64,000 nucleotides of DNA from NCBI GenBank assembly GCA_964016885.1, contig OZ024756.1, forward strand, positions 15,066,001-15,130,000, written 5' to 3'. Both the position numbers and the translations under genes were made by a program. Of the stretch, positions 1 to 13,304 are shown one piece after another. The first letter of the stretch is position 1. Each line of letters opens with the position of its first letter. The DNA comes from Eledone cirrhosa (taxonomy: Eukaryota). The notes below the pieces were generated by a model, which was not told the origin of the DNA, searched no databases, and saw only the letters and a program-made list of their open reading frames with translations.

Positions 1-261
1 CTCTAACTTTCTTGTAAAAGTTCCCTGATTGGTTCAAATTGTTGGGAGTTTGTAGAAGTGAAAGGAACCTAGAAGAACTTTTGTACTATACTGCACAGAT
101 ATTCATGGTTGTTAATAAAGGTATGTACATGTCGTAGGTAAGTGTATTTATATGATAGATGTGTATATAAATGCCATTTATATGTGTATATTACTAATAA
201 AAAATACTGTGTAAGATTTTCAAATCAGGATTTAGTAATATAATTAACTTTCTCATTATTC

Positions 262-317
262 GGTTAGTGTTAGGGTTAGGGTTAGGGTTAGGGTTAGGGT
301 TATGGTTAGGGTTAGTG
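262..317 (+). repeat. Interstitial telomere-like (TTAGGG)n tract
   Basis: About 9 units, the central ones perfect TTAGGG. Confidence 0.85.
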
Positions 318-361
318 TTTGGAACTTAAACATTCTTACATAAAATTATGACAGAAGGTAT

Positions 362-702
362 ATCATGATTCATTTCATTTTACGTCCACTTTTTCCCTGC
401 TTGCAAGGGTGGGACGGGAACTGATTCTGGCTTGATTTCTACAGCTGGATGCCCTTCCTAACACCAACCTCATTTACAGTGAGTGCTGGGTGCTTTTTTT
501 TGCCGTGGCACCTCCACGACCACTTTGCAATGGAATGATAGGGACCCCAATCCCTATCATCTCATTTCTATAGCTGAGTAAACTGGAGCAATGTGAAATA
601 AAGTGTCTTCGTCAAGGAAACAACACATCACCCGGTCTGAGAATTGAACTCACAACCTTTCGATTGCAAGCCCAGTGCTCTAACCACTAAGCCATGTGCT
701 TC
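362..702 (-). mobile_element. tRNA-derived CORE-type SINE with RTE-derived tail (family A)
   Basis: A box TGGCTTAGTGG, B box GTTCAATTC, MIR/CORE-like CCTTGA(G)CAAGACACTT...CAGCTGTAGAAATG, (ATG)n tail. Other copies at about 15597-15915(+), 19908-20240(+), 28304-28732(-), 39190-39577(+), 39862-40183(+), 47620-47892(+), 50798-51142(-), 53328-53766(-), 58892-59207(-). Confidence 0.85.
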
Positions 703-703
703 C

Positions 704-795
<92 letters not shown>

Positions 796-949
796 TTAGT
801 CCAGAATTAGCTGTCGAAACGGCTTGACCTCAGCCGTCGGGGTCCTACTCATTCCTATCACCCACTCTACTACCCTAAGTATTGAGTACTTTGGTGCGTT
901 ATGGTCCATCTGGTTCCTTACCACATTTCGTTCGTTATATATATATATA

Positions 950-1691
950 TATCATCATCATCATCACCATCATCGTTTAATGTCCATCTTCCATGCTAGA
1001 ATGGGTTAGACAGTTTTGTTCCATTTGATGTGGGATTAGTTGGGAGACCATGTCTCGCTCATACGGAAGTGTCTCTAGAAGGTTTTCTACGGCTGGATGC
1101 CCTTGCTAACGCCAACCACTTTTACAGTGTGGACTGGGAGGTTTTTACCATATCTCCTACACAACCACTTTACAGTGTGGACTGGGAGGTTTTTACCATA
1201 TCTCCTACACAACCACTTTACAATGTGGACTGGGAAGTTTTTACCATATCTCCTACACAACCACTTTACAGTGTGGACTGGGTGCTTTTTGTTGGGTCAC
1301 CAACACAGTGGACGGAAATGGGAGGATGGGGTAGGATGTGTGGGGTGAGGTGTATATTGTGTTAAAAGGTGCCTACTGGCTGTAGGTTTGTATACAAGGG
1401 AACTGCATGGCACCAAAGATCTCGATCCAGCAACATTGTTTTAGAGAGGTGTAGGTGAGCAATGTCAGTCTTTATCACCTCGTCCCAGGTTTTTCTCGGT
1501 CTACCCACTCCGTAGCTTCCATCAATTATCATTGCTCTGCACTTTTTTATACAGCTGTCATCCTTCATACGCATCACATGACCATACCAACGCAATCTCC
1601 TCTCCAGAACATGACATTTGATACCTCTCATGCTTAATCTCTCTCTCAATTCGTTTATGCTTCGCCATTCGCGCACATTACTATTACACAA
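950..1691 (-). mobile_element. RTE-clade LINE 3' end with 3'UTR containing a 51-bp tandem repeat
   Basis: RRLRWYGHVMR...GRPRKTW ORF end, then 3'UTR and (ATG)n tail. Confidence 0.85.
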
Positions 1692-2682
1692 GCCATAACA
1701 GAGGAGTTTAAGACTGGCTGCCCATGGGAACTTCTCTTTCCTGATGATCTGGTACTTATAGCAGAATCAGTAGAGGAGCTAGAGAATAAATTCTGGCTAT
1801 GGAAACAGCAGTTGGAATCAAGAGGACTGAGAGTGAACTTAGCTAAGACTAAAGTGTTGATAAGTAGAAAAGCGGACAAAACTCTGATTCCGTCAGAAAA
1901 GGAACTGGCATAAATTCTATAGAATGTACACATGCAGATCTTGGGTGCACAAGAGATGTAGTGGGATAGCAGGCAAAATAACAGGTAAGGAAAACTACGT
2001 ATGCAGTAGATATACAGGGAAATTTGACAGTAGAAATCACATTGATAGACACATTTTTCAAATGCAGGTGGAATGTATAGAAGTGGTTGATAGCTTCCGG
2101 TACCTAGGAGATCAGATTAGTAAGAGAGGAGGGTACTCCGAGGCCATAGTATCTAGAATAAGGATAGGTTGGAAGAAGTTTAGGGAGCTGCTTCCTCTGT
2201 TGACAAAGAAGGGTTTCTCCCTGCGAATGAAAGGCTGACTATATGATGCCTGTGTGAGATGTGCAATGCTGCATGGTAGTGAGATATGGGCAGCAACTGC
2301 GGAGGATATGCGACGGCTGGAGAGAAATGAAGCAATGTCAATGTACATGCAAGACCAAGCATAGATGAGTTGAGAGAGAAACTGTGTTTAAGAGGGATAA
2401 GTTATAGTGTACGGGAGAGAAGGCTGAGATGGTATGGACATGTGATGCGCATGAAGGATGACCGCTGTGTAAAGAAGTGTCAAGAAATCCCAGTAGAAGG
2501 AAGACGCAGTAGAGAAAGACCACGAAAAACATGGGCAGAGGTGGTGAGAGCAGACCTCAGATCGTTGAAGCTCACGGAGGAGATGACAAAGCACCGTGAC
2601 AAGTGGAGAGATGCTGTGTGGAACAGGACCTGTCCCACCCTTGCAAGCAGGGAAAAGCAGATGTAAAATGATGATGATGATG
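1692..2682 (+). mobile_element. Degenerate RTE-clade LINE 3' portion
   Basis: Frameshifted ORF pieces (WVHKRC, FRYLGD, RRLRWYGHV) and (ATG)n tail. Confidence 0.85.
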
Positions 2683-2919
2683 ATATATATATATATATAT
2701 ATACTTTTACAACAATCATTTTTGTATTATAAAACCAGGGGCTGGTTTAGGCAGTTTGATATCAAACAGTTAAAGTGTTTCCCGTATAAATCTATGTAAA
2801 AACCTTTGTTGTGTTATATTCCAAACATCGACTTAATGACAATGGTTCGGATGAAGAGTGTTTCAATTGTTCGAACAAGGGAACAATTGCTAATGAAATT
2901 AATGTACAAATGGTTTGAC

Positions 2920-3290
2920 ATTCCACAGACACGAGTACCCTTAACGTAGTTAGTTCCCTTGGACATTCAGCATGACACAGTATGTGATTAAGCCAGGACT
3001 TTGAATTGCAGGTACAATTCATTATTGCCAGCTGAGTGGACTGAGCAACGTAAAATAAAGTGTCTTGCTCAAGGATACAATGGACTGGAGCAATGTGAAA
3101 TAAAGGGTCTTGCTGAAGTTCACAATGGACTGGAACAACATAAAGTAAAGTGTCTTGCCCAAGGACATGGTGGACTGGAGTAATGTGAAATAATGTTTCT
3201 TGCCCAAGGACACAATGTAACACTGGGAATCGAACTCATGATCTTACGATCGTGGGCCTGAACTCCCTAACCCCTAAACCACACATACCC
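2920..3290 (-). mobile_element. CORE-type SINE with its core segment tandemly repeated about 4 times
   Basis: About 45-bp unit gagcaatgtgaaataaagtgtcttgctcaaggacacaatggactg repeated over 3040-3220; tRNA-like head near 3225-3290. Confidence 0.7.
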
Positions 3291-3333
3291 CTACATTGGG
3301 TAGCTAGAGTAAAACAACAACTTTAACTTTTAC

Positions 3334-3627
3334 CTTGAAGTGAAACGGTTCCCCTAGGAGGGTTCTCGGGTCTTCAACGAAATGTTCCTCTTTCAGCACT
3401 GTGCCAGTGGCAGTACATGGAGCCACATTCACGGTGATTGAACCTTCTTCCTCGCCTTTATAGTCAGATACTAAAACAGAGTCTTCAAACTCCAAATTGT
3501 ATGACAATGACTCCAGAAAGATGTTGGCTGTGCCAACTAAAGCCTCCTCGGGGGCATCCCAAAATGGGTCGTCTCTCTGTGGAACCTTGGACACATCTTC
3601 GCCGTCCACATAGTCCTGGTAGAGTTC
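3334..3627 (-). CDS. KIF28: KIF28-like exon (ELYQDYVDG...DDPFWDAPEEALVGTANIFLESLSY...GEPFHFK)
   Basis: DPFWD...LVG.A.IFL..L motif of kinesin-3 stalks; TTGCAG/GTAAA; 294 nt. The gene continues beyond this exon. Confidence 0.93.
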
Positions 3628-4049
3628 CTGCAAACAAAGGGGAAATAAAACGAGTTATTTCTTCATATGATTTCCGATTTAGACACGAGACCATAAATTT
3701 GTAGGGGTAGGAAAATCGATTATATCAACCCAGTACTTGACTGGTACTTTATTTTATCGATCACGGAACGAGTAAAGTCAAAGGTAACCATGACAGGATT
3801 TGAAGGCAGAACGTAAAGAACGCTGACTAAAAGCCGCAAAGCATGTTGGCCGATCTAATAATTATGCCAAGTAAGGGGAGATAAGTCAATGTGTTACTTT
3901 CTTATGCGGAAAATGGTTAGCAAGGGGAGATTATTCAATGTGTCCCTTTTTCATATGGTGAATATGTAAACAAGGGGAGATAAATCAATGTGCCACATCA
4001 TATGAAGAATATTATCTAAGGGAGATAAATCCATGTAACATATCTGTTC

Positions 4050-4705
4050 ACTTATTCTTGGAAGGGTGGTGGAGGCAGCAGAGTTCTCAAACACTCCTTC
4101 CAGTAGGTCCTGTCAAAAGCAACTATCTCCAATTGATCTGGCTGGATCCCCAAGCGAGATCAGCCAAACTCATGGATGTTATCCAACCATTTTGCTCATG
4201 GTCTACCCCTGGGTCTCCTGCCGGTTGGTTTTTGCCCATAAAATCTGTCCAGCGATTTTTTTTCCTGAGACATTCTAACCACATGCCCATAGTATCAGAG
4301 CTGTGATCTCACAATTCAGAGAAGTAGCGGCTCTACCGAGAGTGACTCTCTCATCTCTGAGCTAAGCACTCCATCAAGTAACATTACACCAAAGACTCTT
4401 CGGAGGAACCTCATTTCAGTCACTTATATTCACGATTGTATTCTTTCAGTCATTAACCAAGATTCATTACCATAGGTAAGGATTGGCACGAATACTGAAT
4501 TGAAGATAACAAGTTTGGCTTTTACACCTACCTCCCTTCTTCTGATTACCAAATGATGAAAATGGCACATTACTGCATCATCTCCTGTAATTCTTACACA
4601 TAATTCAACCTCCTGCCTTCCATCATTCGTGAACACGGCCCCGAGATACTTGAACTTCTCCACCTGCTTCAGTAGAACTCCATTTACATGTAGAGTGCAT
4701 TGTGC
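4050..4705 (-). mobile_element. RTE-like LINE fragment
   Basis: EKFKYLGAVFTNDG...PILTYGNESW remnants. Confidence 0.7.
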
Positions 4706-4749
4706 ACTGCATCAAGACATTAATAAATATTACCATCTCTATATTACAT

Positions 4750-5010
4750 TCCACCACGGGCCAAACTCCTCAAATACCGGTCGCTCTCCGACAGGCTTGC
4801 GGTCGTACCCCTGGCAGTGGAGACTTCTGGTGTCCTCGGCCACAGGGCTACCTCCTTACTCACCACCATAGGCGCTGAGCTGGCCAGCCGCAGGTGTGAG
4901 CCCCGCGAGTTGGAGTGGCTTTTCCAGCGCGTCTCTCTTGCCGTCCTCCGGGGAAACGCCTTCTCCATTCTGTCCGCCGGGGTTGTGGGTGGGCCCAATC
5001 GCGTGCCAAT
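4750..5010 (+). mobile_element. GC-rich C-terminal fragment of a restriction-like-endonuclease (CRE-type) non-LTR retrotransposon
   Basis: PLAVETSGVLG...EPRELEWLFQRVSLAVLRGNA matches the P.A.ET.G...FQR.S.A..RGNA terminus of CRE-clade ORFs. Confidence 0.7.
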
Positions 5011-5303
5011 ACATTAGTTAAATACCATTCTTTCATCTGATATAACACCTTTGAAATAAATGCAAAACTTCTGCTTACAAACACAAACACGTGGTTGATC
5101 TCATAATTCATATTTATATCTTGGAGTTATTTCCCTTTGCATGCATTCTTAGCGAAATTTACTTTTAATGGTATCATATAAGCACCTGGAGAAAGGTAAA
5201 TATTTTGATGCCTCCTGTTTTCTGGAGGCATGGTCAAATTTTGGCTTTGAAACCTTGGGTAACACCTTTGTTCCTTGTATGAACATAAATAAATAATATT
5301 ATA

Positions 5304-5490
5304 TGGATTGGCAGTATCGGTGGAGGGTCGGGCGCCATGCTTTGAAGCATAGAGTTACCTCCCTTTATGATCTGAGTTCAAATCCCGTCGAGGTTAACTT
5401 TGCCTTTCATCCTTACGGGGTCGATAAAATAAAGTACCAGTAATGCACTGGGGTAATTGCTGGCCTTGTGCCAAAAGTAGAAACAATTAT
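5304..5490 (+). mobile_element. tRNA-derived SINE family B (Deu/Nin-like central domain)
   Basis: B box GAGTTCAAATCCC followed by AACTTTGCCTTTCATCCTTACGGGGTCGATAAAATAAAGTACCAG. More copies at about 10504-10840, 17078-17303, 41722-42133(-), 50553-50770, 51165-51295, 55427-56282, 57766-58562, 61631-61825(-), 62050-62250(-). Confidence 0.8.
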
Positions 5491-5575
5491 ATATATATAT
5501 ATATATATTAAAATAACAGATTAAAGTTTAAGCAAAGAATCGCTGCTTTCACCCTTAACGGGATCTTCTGAAACG

Positions 5576-5651
<76 letters not shown>

Positions 5652-5833
5652 CGTGAGTGAAAACACGGAACACACAAACACGAGGACAAATCCCGCTCAT
5701 CAGCTGTCTTCTGTGGATCATTATAGTTTTGAATGCATTAAAGACAGGACTATTCACCACAGTGCATTAACTATTCTTGGATAGCTATTCGGGAAGAAAC
5801 ACAGCGGACGATTATGTATATTATATATATATA

Positions 5834-5864
<31 letters not shown>

Positions 5865-5892
5865 GTTATACATACATGCTAGTAAGACGTAC

Positions 5893-5980
5893 CTGCATTA
5901 AATACCTGCGGTTCATGAAGCGACCCCTCTCCCATAACCAGGTGTTCTCTGTCAACAAATCTGTCATCTTTACCATTACA
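5893..5980 (-). CDS. KIF28: KIF28-like exon (VMVKMTDLLTENTWLWERGRFMNRRYLMQ)
   Basis: W...FMNR.YLMQ motif; ATCAG/GTACGT; 88 nt. Confidence 0.92.
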
Positions 5981-6005
5981 CTGATATTGAGAAGATAGAA
6001 CAGAA

Positions 6006-7020
6006 ATGATCATCATCACCATCATCATCAGCTCCGCTACAACCACCGCCATCATCATTATCACTCCCACTATCACCACCACCACTACCATCATCATCAT
6101 CATCATCATCAGCTCCACTACAACCACCACCACCACTACCACAACTACCACCATCATCACCTCCACTACAACCACCACCACCACCATCATCATCATCAGC
6201 TCCACTACAACCACCACCACCACCACCATCATCATCAGCTCCACTACAACCACCACTACCACAACTACCACCACCACCATCATCACCTCCACTACTACAA
6301 CCACCACCACCACCACTATCATCTCCACTACAACCACCACTACCACCGCCATCATCATCACCCCCACTACAACCACCACCACAACCATCTCCACTACAAC
6401 CACCACCACCTCCACTACAACCACCACCACCACCACCATCATCATCATCTCCATTACAACCACCACTACAACCACCACCACCACCATCATCATCTCCACT
6501 ACAACCACCACTACCATCGCCATCATCATCACCCCCACCACTACCACCACCATCATCATCACCCCCACTATAACCACCACCACAACCATCTCCACTACAA
6601 CAACCACCACCTCCACTACAACCACCACCACCTCCACTACAACCACCACCACCACCACCATCATCATCATCATCTCCATTACAACCACCACTACAACCAC
6701 CACCACCACCATCATCATCTCCACTACAACCACCACTACCACTACCATCATCAGCTCCACTACAACCACCACCACAACCATCATCATCATCTCCACTACA
6801 ACCACCACTAAAACCACCACCACCACCATCATCATCATCTCCACTACAACCACCACTACCACTACCATCATCAGCTCCACTACAACCACCACCACGATCA
6901 TAATCACCTCCACTACAACCACCACTACCACCACAATCATCACCGCCACTACAACCACCACCACCACCACCATCATCATCACCGCCACTACAATCATCAC
7001 CATTACCACCATCACCTATC
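6006..7020. repeat. Compound (ACC/ATC/ACT)n microsatellite-minisatellite
   Basis: Mixed trinucleotide array directly beside the acceptor of exon 5893-5980. Confidence 0.95.
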
Positions 7021-7074
7021 ACCCTCTACTGATTATGCTAATCTACCACTCTGCAATTTCTTCTCATCCCAACA

Positions 7075-7490
7075 TCATATCCGAAGGTCAGAGGTCATGG
7101 ACTTATGGACCATCACTCTCCATCTTTTCCTGTCTCTCGCCATTGCCATACATTCCGCCAAACTCCTTCCCATCCATTCCTTAATATCATCTAACCATCT
7201 CCTTTTCTGTCGTCTCCTGGCCCTTTTCCCCTGTATTCGTCCCTCAAGGATGTGGGTAGTCACATTTTGGGCCCTGATGACATGACCAAAATACTGAAGC
7301 TTCCTCTTCCTTACTGTTTCAACCAACTGTTGATTGGCACCAATCTCTTCTAGGACAGATTCATTTGTTCTGTGAGCTGTCCAGCTAATTCTAAGTGCAC
7401 CCCTATAGCAGGACATTTGTTCGGTGAGCTGCCCAGCTAATTCTAAGTGCACCCCTATAGCAGGACATTTGTTCTGTGAGCTGTCCAGCA
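7075..7490 (-). mobile_element. RTE-BovB-like LINE 3' fragment with internal tandem duplication
   Basis: LRISWTAHRTNESVLEEI...KRKLQYFGHV...ILEGRIQGKR...RRWLDDI; about 51-bp repeat at 7362-7490. Confidence 0.8.
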
Positions 7491-7613
7491 ATACTCATGT
7501 AAAAATCTAAAGTTTTTTTTTTCTAAGAGTATGTTTTACCTTTGTGTAAAGTCTACATCAACACAGGTGCTTCAATTCTCCTAATAGACACAGATGACCA
7601 AATGACCACTTAC

Positions 7614-7776
7614 TCTACATTCTTCTGCTTGTCCCCTCCAGCTCGTCCCTGCTGGGCAGCTGATGACATGAGGACCACTTCAAAAGATCTATATTTGTTC
7701 AGTTCTTCAGACAAAGCATTCACCTCCGACACCATTGGCAGAATCTCCAACACTTTTTCTTGGGTGATTTGTTGAT
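7614..7776 (-). CDS. KIF28: KIF28-like exon (QQITQEKVLEILPMVSEVNALSEELNKYRSFEVVL...)
   Basis: V.EvNAlSEELnK kinesin-3 stalk motif; TAAAG/GTAAGT; 163 nt. Confidence 0.92.
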
Positions 7777-7837
7777 CTTTAAGGTGAACATAAAATAAAT
7801 ATAATATAATAAAACAAAATTAGATAAAACACAAAGT

Positions 7838-9590
7838 TACAACAACAACAACATGAACAACGCTACTACCAACACCAACAACATGTACAACACCACTGCT
7901 AATAGCAACAACAACAATGCTAACAGCACCAACACTAACAACTACAAAATCAACACCACCACCACCAACAATAAAAACAACACCACCAACAAGAACAGCA
8001 CCAACAACACCACCACCACCAACAATAAAAACAACAACACCAACAAGAACAGCACCAACAACAACACCAACAATAAAAACAACAACACCAACAAGAACAG
8101 CACCAACAACACCACCACCACCAACAATAAAAACAACAACACCAACAAGAACAGCACCAACAACAACACCAACAATAAAAACAACAACACCAACAAGAAC
8201 AGCACCAACAACACCACCACCACCAACAATAAAAACAACAACACCAACAAGAACAGCACCAACAACAACACCAACAAGAACAGCACCAACAACACCACCA
8301 CCACCAACAATAAAAACAACAACACCAACAAGAACAGCACCAACAACAACACCAACAATAAAAACAACAACACCAACAAGAACAGCACCAACACCAACAA
8401 TAAAAACAACAACACCAACAAGAACAGCACCAACAACAACACCAACAATAAAAACAACAACACCAACAAGAACAGCACCAACAACAACACCAACAATAAA
8501 AACAACAACACCAACAAGAACAGCACCAACAACAACACCAACAATAAAAACAACAACACCAACAAGAACAGCACCAACAACAACACCAACAATAAAAACA
8601 ACAACACCAACAAGAACAGCACCAACAACAACACCAACAATAAAAACAACAACACCAACAAGAACAGCACCAACAACACCACCACCACCAACAATAAAAA
8701 CAACAACACCAACAAGAACAGCACCAACAACAACACCAACAATAAAAACAACAACACCAACAAGAACAGCACCAACAACACCACCACCACCAACAATAAA
8801 AACAACAACACCAACAAGAACAGCACCAACAACAACACCAACAATAAAAACAACAACACCAACAAGAACAGCACCAACAACACCACCACCACCAACAATA
8901 AAAACAACAACACCAACAAGAACAGCACCAACAACAACACCAACAATAAAAACAACAACACCAACAAGAACAGCACCAACAACACCACCACCACCAACAA
9001 TAAAAACAACAACACCAACAAGAACAGCACCAACAACAACACCAACAATAAAAACAACAACACCAACAAGAACAGCACCAACAACAACACCAACAATAAA
9101 AACAACAACACCAACAAGAACAGCACCAACAACACCACCACCACCAACAATAAAAACAACAACACCAACAAGAACAGCACCAACAACAACACCAACAATA
9201 AAAACAACAACACCAACAAGAACAGCACCAACAACACCACCACCACCAACAATAAAAACAACAACACCAACAAGAACAGCACCAACAACAACACCAACAA
9301 TAAAAACAACAACACCAACAAGAACAGCACCAACAACAACACCAACAATAAAAACAACAACACCAACAAGAACAGCACCAACAACAACACCAACAATAAA
9401 AACAACAACACCAACAAGAACAGCACCAACAACACCACCACCAATAAAAACAACAACACCAACAAGAACAGCACCAACTACACCACCAACAACAACAATA
9501 AAAACACCACCACCAACAAGAACAGCACCAACAACAACACCACCACCAACAATAAAAGCAACAACACCAACAACAACACCTCCAAGAAGA
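7838..9590. repeat. AC-rich minisatellite (36/42-bp variant units)
   Basis: Unit ccaacaataaaaacaacaacaccaacaagaacagcaccaacaaca with variable (acc) runs; intronic. Confidence 0.95.
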
Positions 9591-9732
9591 AGAAAGTGGA
9601 GGAGGGGTGGGGGAGGATTAAAAACTTGCAGATTCAAGCATCTTCACATATAATGTTGTAATCAAAAAATTAAATATTGCTTTCTACTGTACAGCACTCC
9701 ATCATTTTTGCCAAGTACTATACTAGTTGATA

Positions 9733-9908
9733 TACAGTAAAATTCCTTTATAACAAAATTCAGGGAATATAAAATAAAAAAAATTTATTGTAACAAAAAA
9801 TCCTTTATAACGAGATTGACTGAAACAAATCAAACATTTGTTCTTACCTCAGGGATTGAAAAAAAGGTTTGTTATAACGGTATTCGTTATAACAGAATTT
9901 TACCTGTA
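9733..9908. mobile_element. Tc1/mariner-pogo-type MITE
   Basis: TA-CAGTAAAATTCC(T)TTATAAC ... GTTATAACAGAATTTTACCTG-TA; related copy at about 28161-28299. Confidence 0.65.
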
Positions 9909-9957
9909 CAAAACTAACAACAGATTTTGTAAAAACAAAGGAATGTGGGCTACCAAC

Positions 9958-10104
9958 CTTTTGTAAGTCCATTTAACATAGCATCGGCATATCCACAGGC
10001 GAGAGCTATCTCTTTCTGGGCATATTCCCATGTGATATCCTTTGGTAGATTAGGATCTTCGTCCACCATAAATGGGTTGATAAACAAATACAGGTGATTG
10101 GACC
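9958..10104 (-). CDS. KIF28: KIF28-like exon (GSNHLYLFINP...DITWEYAQKEIALACGY...LTK)
   Basis: End of FHA plus WEYAQKEI motif; TTCAAG/GTTGGT; 147 nt; phase consistent. Confidence 0.92.
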
Positions 10105-11204
10105 CTTGAAATACAAATGTGTATAAAAGTAAGCAATGAAATATTTAGGAGGGTGTGTTGTAAGATATGGAGTAATATATAATGTGGGAAGCGATATTAG
10201 GCTAAACAATGCAAAATAGAAAGTAAGGTGAAGATAACGAATCATTTAGATACCTGGTAATCTTTGTTTTTGTTGTTTCTTTTGTCCTAATATTTCAGGA
10301 CTTAAAATTCCCTTTACAAAGTATAAGGAACTCTTTGGAATTAAATTGATTCCAAAGAGAAGAAACCAGAACATTTGTCTCTGGAGAGTATAAGGAACAA
10401 ACAAAGATTACCAGGTAACTAAATTATTCATTACCTCCATCTCACCTTCCATTCTGCATTGTTTAGCCTTCTATCACTTTCCACATTATATATAATTTTT
10501 GTGGTCTGAGTTCAAATCCCGTCGAGGTTAACTTTGCCTTTCATCCTTACGGGGTCGATAAAATAAAGTACCAGTAATGTACTGGGTAATTGCTGGCCTT
10601 GTGCCAAAAGTAGAAACAATTATATATGATTTACAATGATTCAAACAAACCACATTTTATTTGGCAGTATCGGTAGAGGGTCGGACGCCATGCTTTCCAG
10701 CATAGTTACGTCCCTTTGCGATCTGAGTTCAAATCCCGCCGAGGTTGACTTTGCCTTTCATCCTTACGGGGTCGATAAAATAAAGTACCAGTAATGCACT
10801 GGGTAATTGCTGGCCTTGTGCCTAAAGTATAAACAATTATATGGAGTAATGTTACTCGATAAAGTGTATAACTCGGAGATGAAAGAGTTGCTACTTCTCC
10901 AAATTGAGAGATCACTGCTCCGATACTAGCAACATGTGGTTAGAATGTCTCAGGAAGGAATCACTGGACAAGGAGACCCAGGAGTAAACCCTGAACAAGA
11001 TGGTTGGATAACATCCATGAGGTCGGCTGGTCTCGCTTGGGGAGTTCCAGCCGGATCAATTGGAGATGATTGCTTCAGACATGACCTGTTGGAGGGAGGG
11101 TTTGAGGACTCTGGCCCCCGCGACCCTAACAGGAGGAAGAAGAAGAACTATCACCAACATTGTCACCACTAACACAGCCCGCCCCCATAACTATATCACG
11201 ACAA

Positions 11205-12500
11205 TTGTCACCATGACAACCACCATCACCACTACCGCCATGACAACCACAACCATCACTATCACCAAACCACCACCACCACTGCCACTACTAGCACCAC
11301 TGCCACCACAACCATCATTACCACCACCACTACCACCATGTCCACTACTACCACCACCATCACAACCTCTACCACTACTACCACCACCAACATCACCACC
11401 ACTACCACCAACGCTACCACCACAACCACCACCAACACCACCACCACCATACTACCAACACCACCAACACTACCACCAACACTACTACCACAATGACCAA
11501 CACTACCATCACAACCACCCTCACCACCAACACTACCACCACAACCACCAACACTACAACCACAACCACCACCACTACCACCAACACCACCACCACTACC
11601 ACCAACTCTACCACCACAACCACCGCCACCACTACCACTAACACCACCACCACCACCACTACCACAACCACCACCAACACCACTACAACCACCACCATCA
11701 CCACTACCACCACCAACACTACCACCACAACCACCACCATCACAACCACCACTACCAACACTACCACCTCCAACACCACCACCACCTCCGCCACTTCCAC
11801 CACCACTACCACCACCACCACTACCACCACCATCACAACTACAACCACCAACACCACCAACACCACCACCACTACCACCACCACTACCACCACCACAACC
11901 ACCACCACCACCAACACCACTTCCACTACCACCACCACTACCACCACCACCACCAACACTACCATCACCACCACGACCACCACCTATAACACGACCACAA
12001 ACACCACCACCACCACCAACATTACTACCACTACCACCTCCACCACCACCGCCACCACTTCCGCCATCACTACCACCACCATCACAACCACAACCACCAA
12101 CACCACCAACACCACCACCACTACCACTACCACCAACACCACCACAACCACCACCAACACCACTTCCACCACCAACACCACCACTACCACCACCACCACG
12201 TCCACCAACACCACTTCCACCACCACCACCACCAACACCACCACCACCAACACCACCACCACTACCACCACCAATACCACAACGACCACCACCACCAACA
12301 CCACTTCCACCACCACCACCACAACCACCACCACAACCACCACCAACACCACCACCACCACCACCACCACCACCACCAACACCACCACCAAACACCACCA
12401 CCACTTCCACCACCACCACCACCACCACTACCACAACCACCACCAACACCACCACCACCACCACTACAACCACCAACACCACCACCACCACCACCACCAA
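11205..12500. repeat. (ACC)n-rich compound microsatellite
   Basis: Low-complexity trinucleotide array next to the FHA exon donor. Confidence 0.95.
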
Positions 12501-12521
12501 TACCAAAATTGTGCCACTCAC

Positions 12522-12664
12522 CAAACAGTATCCTATCTTTGTGATTCAACATTTGTTTCTTCATGAGAGGTAATCCATTAATTTTGGTGATAGCGTTGCT
12601 AGAAGCAGCTTCTATATGAACTCTGTGGTCTACACACTCTATATAGGCATGCTCTTTCTGAATA
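12522..12664 (-). CDS. KIF28: KIF28-like exon, FHA domain (IQKEHAYIE...KINGLPL...LNHKDRILF-G)
   Basis: FHA motifs I..EH, NG, H.DRILFG; AATAG/GTGAGT; 143 nt. Confidence 0.94.
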
Positions 12665-13238
12665 CTATTAAAGAAAAACAGTGCTGCATCAGTTTGTGTG
12701 TTTTTATATATTGAAGCTTGCATGCTCCAATCGATGTGTAATAGTAATATACAGGAATGGCATAAACAAACTGAGAGAGAACCTAGGCATAATAGGAATC
12801 AGATGCTGCGTACAGGAGAGGAGATTGCATTGGTATGGATATGTGATGTGTATGAAGGATGACTGCTGTATAAAAAGGTGCAGAGCACTCAAAGTCGATG
12901 AAAGCTTCGAGTGGGGAGACCCAGGAAGACTTGGGATGAGGTGATAAAAGCTGACCTTGCCCAATTGCACCTCTCAAAAGTGTTATAAATATATATATAT
13001 ATATATGCAAAAGTTGTATTTAAAATTGTTGGGTTACAAGTAAATATTTTATAACCGATATAAAGCACTCTGTTTTTCTTTACATACATTTCTTCTTTCT
13101 CTCCGTCTTTCTTTCTAACTGTGCTTAACACTATAACTAAATAATTATAAACACCTCACTACCAAGCCAGCTTCCTACCTTAATGGTGGCTTATATTTAT
13201 GGTACATCAAAATTATTTATAAAACAGTTTATATATTG

Positions 13239-13304
13239 TATTTTATCTGACGAAGGCATGCCATATTTTTAAGATGGTATCCCTGAAATATGTATAATGA
13301 AATA
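13239..13304 (+). ncRNA. Minimal type I hammerhead ribozyme motif (Penelope-type)
   Basis: TATTTTAT-CTGACGA-AGGCATGCCAT..ATGGTATCCCT-GAAA-TATGTA-TA-ATGAAATA. Confidence 0.7.

Noticed and set aside
262-317. True telomere or chromosome end
   Set aside because: Short, degenerate at the edges and embedded in intronic sequence.
5660-5710. Hammerhead candidates at 5697(-), 27825(-), 51710-51740(-) and 55402(-)
   Set aside because: Only half of the core is present or stem II does not pair.
5879-7184. Poly-Val/Gly/Thr ORFs
   Set aside because: Trinucleotide repeat translation; only 5893-5980 is a real exon.
7820-9661. Mucin-like Thr/Pro-rich 578-605 aa ORFs
   Set aside because: Open in several frames on both strands because of a triplet-based minisatellite; intronic, with no signal peptide or splice context.
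11060-12566. Pro/His/Thr/Gly-rich ORFs
   Set aside because: (ACC)n low-complexity artefact.
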